DNA of 63,487 nucleotides, filler included, from Octopus bimaculoides (Eukaryota): NCBI RefSeq assembly GCF_001194135.2. It is 6 parts of 4 records of this genome, joined end to end, with 100 filler letters (N's around TTAATTAATTAA, not from the genome) between each part and the next. Parts side by side here need not be neighbours in the genome. Positions count along the whole stretch, not along the records: positions 36,945 to 44,053 come from NC_068996.1; positions 44,154 to 51,040 come from NC_068991.1; 4 more parts are not named here. One strand, given 5' to 3'. Each line of letters begins with the position of its first letter. Position 1 is the first letter of the stretch. Position numbers and translations under genes: made by a program. Of the stretch, positions 37,900 through 49,889 are shown in pieces. Under the pieces are notes generated by a model. It saw only the letters and a program-made list of their open reading frames with translations. It had not been told where the DNA came from and made no database searches.

Positions 37900-38530
37900 G
37901 TGCAAGCATGGCTGTGTGGTAAGAAGTTTGCTTCCTAAACACATGGATCTAGGTTCAGTCCCACTGTGTGGCACTTTGAGTAGGTGTCGCCTACTATAGC
38001 GTTGGACTGACCAAGGCCTTGTGATTTCGTGGGCAGAAACTGAAAGAAGGCGGCGAGCTGGCAGAAACCTTACCCCGTCGGGCGAAATGCTCAGCAGTAT
38101 TTCGTCTGCTGTTACGTTCTGAGTTCAAATTCCGCCGAGGTCGACTTTGCCTTTCATTCTTTCAGGGTCGATTAAATAAGTACCAGTTACACTGGGGTTG
38201 ATATAATTGACTTAATCCCTTTTGTCTGTGCTTGTTTGTCCCCTCTATGTTTAGCCCCTTGTGGGCAATAAAGAAATAAGAAACTAAAAGAAGCCTGTTG
38301 TATATATATGTATGTGTGTGTTTGTTCCCCACCACCGATTGACAACTGGTGCTGGTGTGTTTACATCCCCATAATTTAGCAGTTCAGCAAAAGAGACCAA
38401 AAGAATAAGTACTAGGCTTTAAGAAACAAAAACAAGTACTGGGGTTGATACATTCAACAAAGAATTCTTCAAGGTAGTGCCCCAGCATGGCCACAGTCTA
38501 ATGATTGAAACAAGTGAAAGGAAAAATTAA
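37900..38530 (+). mobile_element. SINE family B interrupted by SINE A
   Basis: B head at about 37900, B 3' half resumes at 38294. Confidence 0.82.
38050..38279 (+). mobile_element. SINE family A nested in SINE B
   Basis: TSD GAAACTGAAAGAAG / GAAACTAAAAGAAG (13/14). Confidence 0.9.
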
Positions 38531-38731
38531 AAAGATAAAAGATCCTCTTCCCTACCTCCACCACACACATCTGGCTACCCCTCCTTCCCCTATCCTTCTG
38601 AATTGTGATGCACCTTTTACCCCCCCCTCCCTGATTCTTTTGTCATGACACTCTCTTGGACATGCAGTGATGCTCTCGTTCCTTATCATCATCTTACTTC
38701 TCTTTCATGCAACACTTTACCAACCTATGTA

Positions 38732-39295
38732 CAGGGTGTCCCAAAAGTCACTGATGTATTTCAATTTTTAATAACTTCCTTAACTCTACAAATAAATGAA
38801 TGAAATTTTGATCCAATATAAAGGACAAAATGGAAATTAATTTGCACAAGTCAAATTTTGCAACACCACTACATCACATATGAAAAATGCCATTGCTTAA
38901 ATGGCAGCCATTTTCGGTTTCACACGCCCGTGCTCTTTCCAAAACTTTCACCATAACACCCTCGAGTTTCAGACCCCACTTCTCTGATTTCTCTATTGAT
39001 GTTCTCCTTCAGTTGCACCAGGGTCTCCGGTTTGTTGACGTAAACCCTCTCTTTCAGGTATTCCCACAAAAAAAAAAAAAAAATCCAAGCTAGTCAAGTC
39101 TGGGGAATGTGAAGGTCATTCAAAGTAGACCTCACACATGGTTCCAGCAAGACGGGGCAACAGCTCATACTGCAAGAGAAAGAATGCAGTTTCTATGGAA
39201 GTACTTTGGAGAGAGAATAATCTCCCACTATGGCAATGTCAGCTGGCCTTCATATTCTCCAGACTAGACTAGTCTGGATATTTTCCTATGTGATG
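38732..39295. mobile_element. Tc1/mariner remnant: TIR plus two transposase segments on opposite strands
   Basis: TA+CAGGGTGTCCCAAAAGT terminus. Minus strand PSHSPDLTSLDFF..WEYLKERVYVNKPETLVQLKENI. Plus strand WFQQDGATAHTARE...WPSYSPD*TSLDIF. Confidence 0.85.
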
Positions 39296-40164
39296 TAGTG
39301 GTGTTGCAAAATTTGACTTGTGCATATTAATTTCCATTATGTCCTTTATGTTGGATCAAAATTTCATTCATTTATTTGTAGAGTTAAGGCAGTTATTAAA
39401 AACTGAAACCCATTGGTGACTTTTGGGACATGCTGTATAACATGGAGTAGCACTGCATCTCATTCTTAAGAGGAATGTTTTCAGTCAACTTGCTAATCAT
39501 TTCAGGAATATTTAATATGTGAAAAGACAAAAATTGACCTTCTGTTAATACATTCAGAAGTTTAAAAAAAAAAAAATAGTCATAGTAGAAATCTTGAAGC
39601 AGAGAGGAAGACATTCCCAGTTCCTGCGCATCAAATAAAACCAGATTATGTAACCCTCTTCCTCCTCCTCTTCCTCCTCCTTGATGTCATCGTCATTGTT
39701 GTTGTTGCATTACCATTGTCACCGTTGTCATCATTGCCATTGTTATCGCCATCACCATAGTAATCGTTGTTGCTGTCATCATTATCATCTGCAAGATGAC
39801 AGAATTGCCAAACAGACTGCTTTGCAGCATTTCACCTGTCTTTACATTCTGAGTTCAAATTCTATGAAAACCAACTTTGCCTTTTTTTACCGTTCAGGGT
39901 TCTATGAAATAATTACCAGTTTGAGCCCCAAAATCTTGGACCTTGTGCAAATAGCAAAAAGACTTATTTGATGTTTGTTTTTCATGTTGCCATGGGTTAC
40001 ATGGTTTATCAGAATCCAATGATCTGCAGAGTTACATCAGACCCCAGCTTACCAGCTTTGGTATGGTTTCTATCACTGAATGTCCTTCCTAACATCAACC
40101 ACCATACAGCATGTACTGGGGGCCATTTCTTCATGATATTGGCACCAGTGTAAATTGTAGTGGA

Positions 40165-40420
40165 GGCACATGGCTTAGTGGTTAGGATGTTAGAATTGTG
40201 ATCGTAAGATTGTGGTTTCAGTTCCTGGACCGAGCAAACTGTTGTGTTCTTGAGCAAAACACTTCATCTCATGTCATTGCAATCCACTCAGCTGGCAAAA
40301 GTGAGTTAATCCTGTGATGGACCTGTGTCCCATCCAGGAGGGGAATTTATATGCCAAAGAAACCATGAAACCGGCCCTTATAGGTCGGTATGACTTGAGA
40401 AGGGAACTTTACTTTGCCTT
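40165..40420 (+). mobile_element. tRNA-derived SINE family D with CORE-like and V-domain-like segments
   Basis: A-box TGGCTTAGTGG; GTGTTCTTGAGCAAAACACTT; CCTGTGATGGACCTGTGTCCCATCCAGG resembles the V-SINE domain as I recall it. Degenerate relatives near 24805 and 57165. Confidence 0.6.
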
Positions 40421-40848
40421 TTTACCTAGTGTAACATATTAGACTGTAGTGGTGTGAAATTATGGCCGCCATTAAGGAAGTACAATCTATGCATGCGCAA
40501 GGGACTTGCCTTCCCGGAAGCCCCTCGAGTGCGCATGCGTAGTAAAACCAGTACTTAAAGCGCTTCTTTCGCTTTCTAAGCCTCTTCAGCATGATACCTT
40601 CAACGTGACAACAACTTGCTCCTTTCAGATGCCTCAACGAAGCTTTTAACCTTCCAATGCTGATTACAAGTGAACCAGCAGCTGCTAGGCTGAATGACAC
40701 AGGATTTGTAAAGCCAAGCATCACCAAAAGTAAAACTCATTTTTATTATGTTGTTAATTGTTCTACTGTTTCCTTAATATATAATTTTGTTGAAAGGTGA
40801 TAGAGAGAGACTAATGTCTATATTGCAACTATCAACCTTTTGCAAGAC

Positions 40849-41172
40849 CATAGGCTCTCAAAGTAGGTGCTACTGCCTCCCGGTGGGTATTGAGACGGTG
40901 CAGGTGGGCGCTGGTGCCTAAGGGGGTGGTGTGGGTGGGGACAGTAGAGAAAAAGGAGGCGTTGAGAGGAAGGCAGTGGATTGGGGGGCACCATGAATTT
41001 ATTATATTATTATAGTATTGTATACAAATTGTATAATACTATATTAAATATCAATTAGTATATATAAATTAGTAAAATATAAAATATTTATATATAAAAA
41101 TAGGGGTGGGGACGCTGAAGGTATTATGTGGCCATGAGCAGGGTGGTGGTCCAAAAAGTTTGAAAACCTTTG
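40849..41172. mobile_element. hAT-type MITE
   Basis: TIRs CATAGGCTCTCAAA / CAAAGGTTTTCAAA (11/14); 8-bp TSD TGCAAGAC / TGTTAGAC; related to 61257-61520. Confidence 0.65.
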
Positions 41173-41689
41173 TGTTAGACGAAGAACAGAAAGGAAAAAG
41201 AAAAACTCACTCAAGCCAGTGGGAGTGTATTTGAGAGAGAGGAAGAAGGCTTTATGTGAAATATTGAGGGGTAAAGTATGATAGGACAAGCTCAGATAGT
41301 TTACTATAGAGGGGGTACAGAGCTATTCAGCTTTACATGAGGGTGAGAACAGGTGGAGGGTAGATGAAGATTGCAGTGACAGTGGTGAAACAAAAGCTCG
41401 TCTCAAACGAAATTCAGTTGAATTTTATTTAACCAAAGAAGACTGTACATCATAAAGATAATTTAAAATATTTGTAAATAAAAAGTCAACAGAAAAGAAC
41501 TGATTTTAAAACATTATTTAAGAAAAAGAGAGGAAGAAAAAAATCACAGTCAGAAAAGACTTGTATACCAAGTTTGTTGTCATCATTGCCATTGTCGTCA
41601 TCATCATCATCATCATCACCATTATCACCACCACCACTGCCGTCGCCACCGCTGCCGCCACCACCATCACTACCACCACCATCATCATC

Positions 41690-41890
41690 ACCATCACTAC
41701 CATCATCGTATAACGTCCATGTTCCATGCTCGAATGGTTTGGCTGGATTCACACCAGTGGGTTCAAGTGTCTGCTTTGGCATTGTTTCTACAGTTGGATG
41801 CCCTTCCTAATGCCAACCACTTTACATGGTGTACTGAATGGTTTTATATGTGCCACCAGAACTACTGAGGTTACCATGCAGTTTGCATGA
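41690..41890 (-). mobile_element. RTE-type tail repeat
   Basis: (CAT)n-CGTATAACGTCCATGTTCCATGC..GGATGCCCTTCCTAATGCCAACCAC. Confidence 0.7.
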
Positions 41891-42023
41891 CCATAACCTC
41901 CAACTAGGAAAAAGGTTATCAGCTTTATGCTAAGGGACATAGGGTGTTAAAGTATGAGAGAAGGTGGAGGGTGGAGTGGCAAAGCAAGTTCTTGTAAAAG
42001 AGCAGCACGGTTACTCACATTTA

Positions 42024-43120
42024 CAAGAAGGTGCTGAAAAGTTCCTGGCTTTGGGTAAAAGAAAATACAGGAGGATCAGTTAATTATGATTTTATTTAAT
42101 ATATTAGCAGTTGAGGGAACCTGTGGAAGAGGTAGACCCAGGAAGACCTGGAATGAGGTGGTGAAGCACGATCTTCGAACTTTAGGCCTCACCAACGCAA
42201 TGACTAGTGACCGGGGCCTTTGAAAATATGCAGTACGTGAGAAGACCCAGCAAGCCAAGTGAGTGCATAATCTGTGGCCTCTGCCAGAAGTGTAGCCAGC
42301 TCACTTATTCATATCTTTACTTCATTGGACACTAAACTCTGCTTACGAAAGACCTGTTGAGGCAAATGAATTTGAAATCTGAAATCGAAATCAAACTGAA
42401 TTCAATAACTAGCACCCATGCCAACCTCTCCTTCATTGGACACTAAATTCTGCTTGTGAAGACCTGTTGGGGCAAGTGAAATCGAAATCGTAATTGAACC
42501 ACATTCGATGACTGGCACCTGTGCCAGTGGAACCTGACACCACTGTCCGAGCGTGTTCATTTCCAGAGCAGCTGTCTGGCTTCCATGCTAGTGGCCCGTA
42601 AATAGCACCATTTGAGTGTAATCGTTACCAGCGTCACCTTCTAGCACTTGTACTGGTGGCACGTTAGAAAATCATTCGAGCGAGGTCGTTGCCAGTGCCG
42701 CTGGACTGGCTCCTGTGCAGGTGGAATGTAAAAAACACCATTTTGAGCATGGCCGTTGCCAGTACCACCAGACTGGCCCTCATGCCAGTTGCACATAAAA
42801 AGCACCCACTACACTCTTGGAGTGGTTGGCATTAGGAAGGGCATCCAGCTGTAGAAACTCTGCCAGATCAGATTGGAGCCTGGTGCAGCCTTCTGGTGCA
42901 GCCTTCTGGCTTGCCAGTCCTCAGTCAAATCGTCCAACCCATGCCAGCATGGAAAGTGGACGTTAAACGATGATGATGATGATGATTCCCCTCTCAGATT
43001 CACACTCATTGCAGCAGTCCTTCAGTTTTTCTAAGCCCTGTAAAAGAACTTATAAGTGTGGGCCTCCAACCAGGCCTTTCATGATACCCTTAAAGCCAGG
43101 AACTTTTCAGCACCCCCTTG
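42024..43120. mobile_element. Mariner-type MITE with an RTE fragment nested inside
   Basis: 29-bp TIRs CAAGAAGGTGCTGAAAAGTTCCTGGCTTT (27/29 identical), flanked by TA on both sides. Confidence 0.85.
42106..42984 (+). mobile_element. RTE LINE 3' fragment (ORF C-terminus, long 3' UTR, (GAT)n tail)
   Basis: VEGTCGRGRPRKTWNEVVKHDLRTLGL is the RTE C-terminal GRP..TW motif; the UTR holds a ~65-bp tandem array. Confidence 0.85.
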
Positions 43121-43589
43121 TAGTATGGAAGGAAATGGATGAACAGTAGAAGCTGAAAAGAGATAATGGAGATGAAGTGATCAGATGTCCCCCCACCCAA
43201 GTTGAAGTTCAGTAAGTGAAAATTCATTTATAAAAACAAGAAAATAATTCTCATTACAATAATATCAATTTTGGCATATGCGACGTTGAGGAATCTCTGT
43301 GCTAAAAATAGCAGCTAAAAAACATGTTTATAAAATTTAACTACACTGACCAAGTTTAAAATCAGTGAGTCACAGTCGAAAATTTCCTCTTGGAAACGAC
43401 AATAAAGGTCATTCATATTTTGCTACCAAGGCAACAATGCTAAAATAGTGTCACTGCAAAGACACACAGAGATAAACAGACAGACAGACAGACAGATACA
43501 CACACACACACATGCTCACACACACATGCTCACACACACATGAACACATACGCACACTGTTAGATAGATAAATTGATACAGACACACAG

Positions 43590-43770
43590 GCAGATAGATA
43601 GATAGGTGCAGGCATGGCTGTGTGGTAAGAAGTTTGCTTCCCAATCACATCGTTTTGCATTCAGTCCCACTGCATGGCACCTTGGGCAAGTATCTTCTAC
43701 TATAGCTTTGGGGCAGCCAAAGCATTGTGAGTGGATTTGGTAGAATGAAACTGAAAGAAGCCTGTCTGTT
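43590..43770 (-). mobile_element. SINE B 5' half
   Basis: Head GGTGCAGGCATGGCTGTGTGGTAAG and CORE-like segment; note these read on the + strand as written, so the orientation call is uncertain. Confidence 0.55.
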
Positions 43771-43784
43771 GTGTGTATCATCAT

Positions 43785-44053
43785 CATCATCATCATCGTT
43801 TAACATCCGCTTTCCATGCTAGCATGGGTTGGACGATTTGACTGAGGACTGGTGAAACCGGATGGCAACACCAGGCTCCAGTCTAATTTGGCAGAGTTTC
43901 TACAGCTGGATGCCCTTCCTAATGCCAACCACTCAGAGAGTGTAGTGGGTGCTTTTACGTGTCACCCGCACGAAAACGGCCACGCTCGAAATGGTGTCTT
44001 TTATGTGCCACCCGCACAAGCCAGTCCAGGGGCACTGGCAACGATCTCGCTCG
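43785..44053 (-). mobile_element. RTE 3' UTR copy, same family as 42106-42984
   Basis: Reverse complement matches 42680-42985; runs into a gap. Confidence 0.82.
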
Positions 44054-44153
44054 NNNNNNNNNNNNNNNNNNNNNNNNNNNNNNNNNNNNNNNNNNNNTTA
44101 ATTAATTAANNNNNNNNNNNNNNNNNNNNNNNNNNNNNNNNNNNNNNNNNNNN

Positions 44154-45395
44154 GAGAATTACACTACATATTCGACAGTTCTTGTAAAAATCGAAAATGC
44201 TTCAAGTATGGTAAAATGGGTCATAAAAAATCACAAAATAAACCAAAACCTAGCAAACAGTTCCACAGAAAAATTAAGGCAAACAGTTTATTGGCAACAA
44301 GGAATATAAACGACACTCAAAGGAAACTTGTGTATGTAAAAGCTAATAATACAAATGTAAAATTACAGTTAGATACAGGTAATGACATTAATTTAATTAA
44401 TGAAAACACATGGGGAAACAATCGGAAAACCTACACTACAGAAAACCTCGAAGATTGCACGTGAAGTCTCAAGGATTAAATGAACGTTTAAAGGTGAGAT
44501 TATCTGTAACGTTACATTTTGTAGTAAGACTATAAAAGCGAAAGCTTATGTATTAAAAAATACAAGCAGTCATTTTGGAACTGGCTGGATAGAACTGTTC
44601 AATTTACGGGATTTACCCATAAATGATTTTTGTAAAAATGTAATGAGATCGTGTGATATTTCAAATACAGAGTCAGAAATTTTTTTTACAAGAGTGAATT
44701 GCTCTATCATTCAGCAACTGATCCTTTGTTCCCCGTGATCCCTTCCTTTCTCTTCACTCGCTAAGAGTTCATTTCTCTCAAGATCATCGTACAATTTCTT
44801 TCTATTTATGCGAGTTAGAAGCTTCTGATGTTTTTTCGGACGAGTTGGGTCGGTACAGTAAATTTAAAACCAAATTTCAGGTAAAAGAAAATTCATTACC
44901 AGTTTTCAAACCCAAACGTAGTGTGCTGTTTGTAGCACTGGAACAAGTGAATGAGAAATTAGACACACTGGAAAAAATGGGAGTGGTTGAAAAGGTCGAC
45001 TATTTAGATTGGGTATTTACAACAGTGTATGTAATGAAGAGGGACAATAGTCCCTCGACGGGACTAAACAAGTGTTTAAGACAGTATAACTTCCCATTAA
45101 CTAACCCAGAGGAAATCTTCTCCAAATTTCGATGGAAGTCTTTTATGGTACGTTTGATGTACCAACACCTAAACAAATTGTGGAAACTACAAATTCAAGT
45201 ACGAAAAAAAGAAAACGAACAGAAATACTTGAAATAGACCCTAAACGCAAAAGATATTAAGCACCGGGTGGAGCTAAATTCTCAAAATGGTGAGATGTTA
45301 TGGGAGAATCCTGAACACTCCCACGCGATTGAAGGTAGACTAACCGATTACAATAAATAAGAACTGAGGCGTAGTTGACCAGTGTTAGCTTGACG
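44154..45395 (+). mobile_element. Internally deleted Mag-like Ty3/Gypsy pol (protease, RT start, C-terminus), PPT and probable 3' LTR start
   Basis: VKLQLDTGNDINLINENTW (protease); DVFSDELGR..KFK..FKPKRSV.F.ALEQVNEKLDTLEKMGVVEKVDY (RT N-terminus); jumps to EIDPKRKRY* (stop 45258-45260), purine-rich tract, then TGTTATG at 45296. Confidence 0.82.
44690..44823 (-). pseudogene. Small R4/Dong-like RT fragment inserted in the Gypsy element
   Basis: Minus strand KLLTRINRKKLYDDLERNELLASEEKG..KDQLL; the Gypsy reading resumes on both sides. Confidence 0.65.
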
Positions 45396-45879
45396 NNNNN
45401 NNNNNNNNNNNNNNNNNNNNNNNNNNNNNNNNNNNNNNNNNNNNNNNNNNNNNNNNNNNNNNNNNNNNNNNNNNNNNNNNNNNNNNNNNNNNNNNNNNNN
45501 NNNNNNNNNNNNNNNNNNNNNNNNNNNNNNNNNNNNNNNNNNNNNNNNNNNNNNNNNNNNNNNNNNNNNNNNNNNNNNNNNNNNNNNNNNNNNNNNNNNN
45601 NNNNNNNNNNNNNNNNNNNNNNNNNNNNNNNNNNNNNATAGGTTATTTTTAGATAACCACAACTATTTATTTGTGTAATACAATTTTACACCAGACATGT
45701 ATACTCACATCATAACGTTACCCTAAGTGGATCTCCCACTTTAGAAGATTCTATTCATATATTTATTATTTCTCCAATTTCTATTATATATCCTCTGTTA
45801 TATCCTTTAACAGGATATGTACGTTGTACATTTGATATCGTTAGAAAGATAAACTAATTAGGACCTTGGAAAGCTTCTA

Positions 45880-47640
45880 AGCTTGTCAATGGCTTGGATT
45901 GACTGTAACAAGGCACATGATATTGTTCCTCACACGTGGATTCTGAAATGTCTGGAGATGGTCGGGGCAACTAAAATTATCATCTACTCAAAAACTGTAT
46001 AAGGAAATGGAAGACAGGTTTGACTGCAGGTGGAAGACAAAACTAGACATGTTGACATCAAGAGGGGAATCTTTCAAGTAGACGTGGTGTAAATCTGACT
46101 GTTTATTGTTTGTATGTTACTACTCTTCATAGTTCTGAGAAAGATGGGAGCTGATAACAAACTGCAGATAAACATGAGACCAATCAATCATCTGTTGTTT
46201 ATGAATAATTTGCAGCTTTACGGAGCTAGCAGAGGTCAACTGGATTTTCAGATTCAATCCGTACGAAGTTTTTCTCAGGACATCCAGATGGCATTTGGTA
46301 TAGAGAAATGCACTATTATTGGACTGAGAAGATGGTGAAGACTAGACCGCAACAGAGTACAACTTCCAGATGATGAGCGGATAAGAGAAGTAAACGGAGA
46401 GGATCACAAGTATCTTCGTGTTTTACAATTTGGGCAGATGATGAACAACAAGAGGAAGAAGAAAAGTTCTTCTGAATATACCTGCAGAGTTACAAAAAAA
46501 ATCTATGGAGGTCTAAGCTGAATACAGGAAACTTGATTTGAGGCATCAACGCTTGGGATAAAGAGTAACACATTACTACGCAGGAGTTGCGAAATGAACA
46601 AAGAGGGAACTTGCCAACATGGATAGAAAAGTTAGGAAAGTAATGTCTATGCTTGGGTGTCTTCATACAAGAAGTAACATAGTAAGGCTTTACTTACCTA
46701 GGAAGGAAGGTGGAAGAGGACTGACTGGAATAGAGGATAGCGTTGTGAAGTAGATCAAGTCCTTGCATGCCTGTCTAAGGAATAGTGATGAAAGAGTGTT
46801 CCAGGCTGCACTGAGTGAGAAGGTGATCACTAACAATGGTGAGACCCTCCAGGAGGACAATATGAGAAGTAATATAGAAAACACCATCAACTGGAAAAAA
46901 AAAATTCCTACACATGGTCTTTTCAGGCAAACATCAGATGAAGCTCATGAAGAATCATGGAAATGGATCTCATGCTGTTTTTTTTTTAAAGGAGACATAA
47001 GTACTGATTCTTGCTGTTCAAGAATAAGCTTTATGAACTAATAGACGTAGGAGTGGCTGTGTGGTAAGTAGCTTGCATACCAACCACATGGTTCTGGGTT
47101 CAGTCCCACTGCGTGGCACCTTGGGCAAGTGTCTTCTACTATAGCCTCGGGCCGACCAAAGCCTTGTGAGTGGATTTGGTAGACGGAAACTGAAAGAAGC
47201 CCGTCGTATATATGTATATATATATGTGTATGTGTGTATATGTTGTGTATCTGTGTTTGTCCCCCCAACATCGCTTGACAACCGATGCTGGTGTGCTTAG
47301 GTCTCCGTAACTTAGCGGTTCGGCAAAAAGAGACCGATAGAATAAGTACTAGGCTTACAAAGAATAAGTCCTGGGGTCGATTTGATTCGACTAAAGGCGG
47401 TGCTCCAGCATGGCCGCAGTCAAATGACTGAAACAAGTAAAAGAGTAAAAGAATAAAAGAATAACTCAATCAAGTGTAGCATTGATAAGACAATATCACC
47501 TTTATGTACACTGTGGAAAATCCTCTGAAACAGACATATAATTAGTGAATGCTCAAAACTAGCCCAAAAGAGTACAAAAAATACCATGACATCAAAAGTT
47601 GCAAATATCAAACTTCTCAGGAAGTATTCAGATGACAGCA
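45880..47640 (+). mobile_element. R4/Dong-like LINE RT-to-knuckle fragment, split by SINE B
   Basis: LSMAWIDCNKAHDIVPHTWILKCL, DIKRGIFQ, INHLLFMNNLQLY, MAFGIEKC, LYLPRKEGGRGL; after the SINE it continues with NSIK...LCT..SECSKLAQKEYK. Confidence 0.85.
47044..47460 (+). mobile_element. SINE family B, full-length young copy
   Basis: A-box TGGCTGTGTGG, B-box GGTTCAGTCCC, CORE-like segment, (TA/TG) linker, (GAGTAAAA)n tail; about 7 differences from the 59209 copy over the first ~175 nt. Confidence 0.93.
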
Positions 47641-47699
47641 ATACTTGGAAGATCTCATTTGTTAAGAAAAGCGTTGCGTCTCTAAGCTACTTGTGAGTT

Positions 47700-48280
47700 T
47701 ATATATAATACCCAGGTTGAACAGCATGTTGGAAGTGTGGCTACTGTACTTGCAAAGGTGAAATCAATAGCAAAGCAAAATGCGTTTGAACAATTGGCTG
47801 ATAGACAGGAACAAAAACCTCTCCATGGCAAATATGTGGCCCGTAGTAAACATGCTGGTGTAGACCAGAAGCACACCCATCAGTGGCTACGGAGCTCAGA
47901 GCTAAAGGCAGTGAATGAAGGCTTTATCTTGGCTGCCCAAGATCAGAACTTACTGACCCGGAACTACGAAGCCAATGTGATGAAAAGTGGTGTAGACCCA
48001 AAGTGCCGATACCGCAACGATGGGATAGAAACAGTGGACAACCTAATCTTTGGATGTAAGGTTTTAGCACCTGTAGATTACAAATCAAGACATGACAGAG
48101 TTGGCCAATATCTACATTGAATAATGTGTCGGCATAATAAAATAAAACATGCTGAGAAATGGTACAAGCACCACCCTGAGGCTGTAACTGAGGGAGAAAA
48201 TATAACTATTCTTTGGGACTTCCCAGTATGTACACACCGGACCATCAAAGCAAATAAACCTGATATTGTTGTGAAAGATG
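47700..48280 (+). mobile_element. Second R4/Dong-like LINE fragment
   Basis: KPLHGKY, THQWLRSSELKAVNEGFILAAQDQNLLTRNY, KCRY..ETVDNLIFGC.VLA...YKSRHDRV, ILWDFPV.T.RTIKANKPDIVVKD. Confidence 0.88.
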
Positions 48281-48744
48281 GTATGTTAGAAATAAAGATG
48301 GTAGAAAAGGTAGGGCAGGCGCATCACCGCTGAGAGAAGGTGCCTACTGCAGCATTCCCCACCGCCCACCTGTAAATTTAAGATTCAACCAAAGAAGAAA
48401 GGAGAAGCGTTAATCTGAATCTAACGAAAAACTAGCTTACTGTTTGAATTGGTCTGTGAAGGTGTAATTTCGGCCGAAGAAAGTAGTGAAGAAAGTGCTA
48501 GAGAGAGAGAGAGAGACAGAAAGACATAGAGAGAGTGGTGGTAAAAAGACAGAGAGTCAAAGAGAGAGGGAAAATACATGTGCTTTCAACAGTAGGTTCA
48601 GCATTGTAGTAGTCAGGGTGTTTCGGATAGCTAATATGCCTATGAATGAGTAAAGTGTAAGCTTTAGGAATTTAAGATTTAAGCAAGAAGGAAGGAGAAG
48701 CGTTTTAAGTTAATCTGAATCTAACGAAAAACTAGTTTTGGACT

Positions 48745-49885
48745 TAAGAAGTGCAGAAACTGATATTAGAATGGAATTTGTACTCAAGAAGTTCGGAATA
48801 ATCTATGTATTAAGAGGCAAGGTACAGTCCCTAGCAGGGATAGAATTACCGAATAGAGGCTTGATTAGACAAATTGAAACGGAAGGATACAAACACCTTG
48901 GTGTTCTGGAGTTCTGGAAGACTGAGGTTGGTGTTGCGCTCAAAATTAACTGGGTGGAATAATATCCAAGCAGTTAATACGAGAGTGATAGCATCACTTC
49001 GGTATGGAGTGGGAATTATAAAATGGCAAAAGAGAGAAGTGATGAAAATGGATACNNNNNNNNNNNNNNNNNNNNNNNNNNNNNNNNNNNNNNNNNNNNN
49101 NNNNNNNNNNNNNNNNNNNNNNNNNNNNNNNNNNNNNNNNNNNNNNNNNNNNNNNNNNNNNNNNNNNNNNNNNNNNNNNNNNNNNNNNNNNNNNNNNNNN
49201 NNNNNNNNNNNNNNNNNNNNNNNNNNNNNNNNNNNNNNNNNNNNNNNNNNNNNNNNNNNNNNNNNNNNNNNNNNNNNNNNNNNNNNNNNNNNNNNNNNNN
49301 NNNNNNNNNNNNNNNNNNNNNNNNNNNNNNNNNNNNNNNNNNNNNNNNNNNNNNNNNNNNNNNNNNNNNNNNNNNNNNNNNNNNNNNNNNNNNNNNNNNN
49401 NNNNNNNNNNNNNNNNNNNNNNNNNNNNNNNNNNNNNNNNNNNNNNNNNNNNNNNNNNNNNNNNNNNNNNNNNNNNNNNNNNNNNNNNNNNNNNNNNNNN
49501 NNNNNNNNNNNNNNNNNNNNNNNNNNNNNNNNNNNNNNNNNNNNNNNNNNNNNNNNNNNNNNNNNNNNNNNNNNNNNNNNNNNNNNNNNNNNNNNNNNNN
49601 NNNNNNNNNNNNNNNNNNNNNNNNNNNNNNNNNNNNNNNNNNNNNNNNNNNNNNNNNNNNNNNNNNNNNNNNNNNNNNNNNNNNNNNNNNNNNNNNNNNN
49701 NNNNNNNNNNNNNNNNNNNNNNNNTAAACCATTGGGTGCTTTGTGAAAATCACGTCGTACAAAGAGCAAAAATGTGGTATGAGCAAATACCAGAAGGAAT
49801 CACCAAAAATGAAAATTCCAAAATCCTGTGGGATGCGATGATCCAGTGCGACCACCCGACCAGACATCAGAAACCAGACATTTGA
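48745..49885 (+). mobile_element. Copy of the 19055-21298 LINE family spanning a gap
   Basis: Nucleotide match to the reverse complement of 20190-20525 and 19440-19560, with a ~50-nt deletion. Confidence 0.85.
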
Positions 49886-49889
49886 TAGT

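Noticed and set aside
48376-48738. ~60-bp direct repeat (48376-48437 and 48670-48738)
   Set aside because: Most simply a local duplication within TE-derived sequence; no array or spacer structure, not CRISPR-like.
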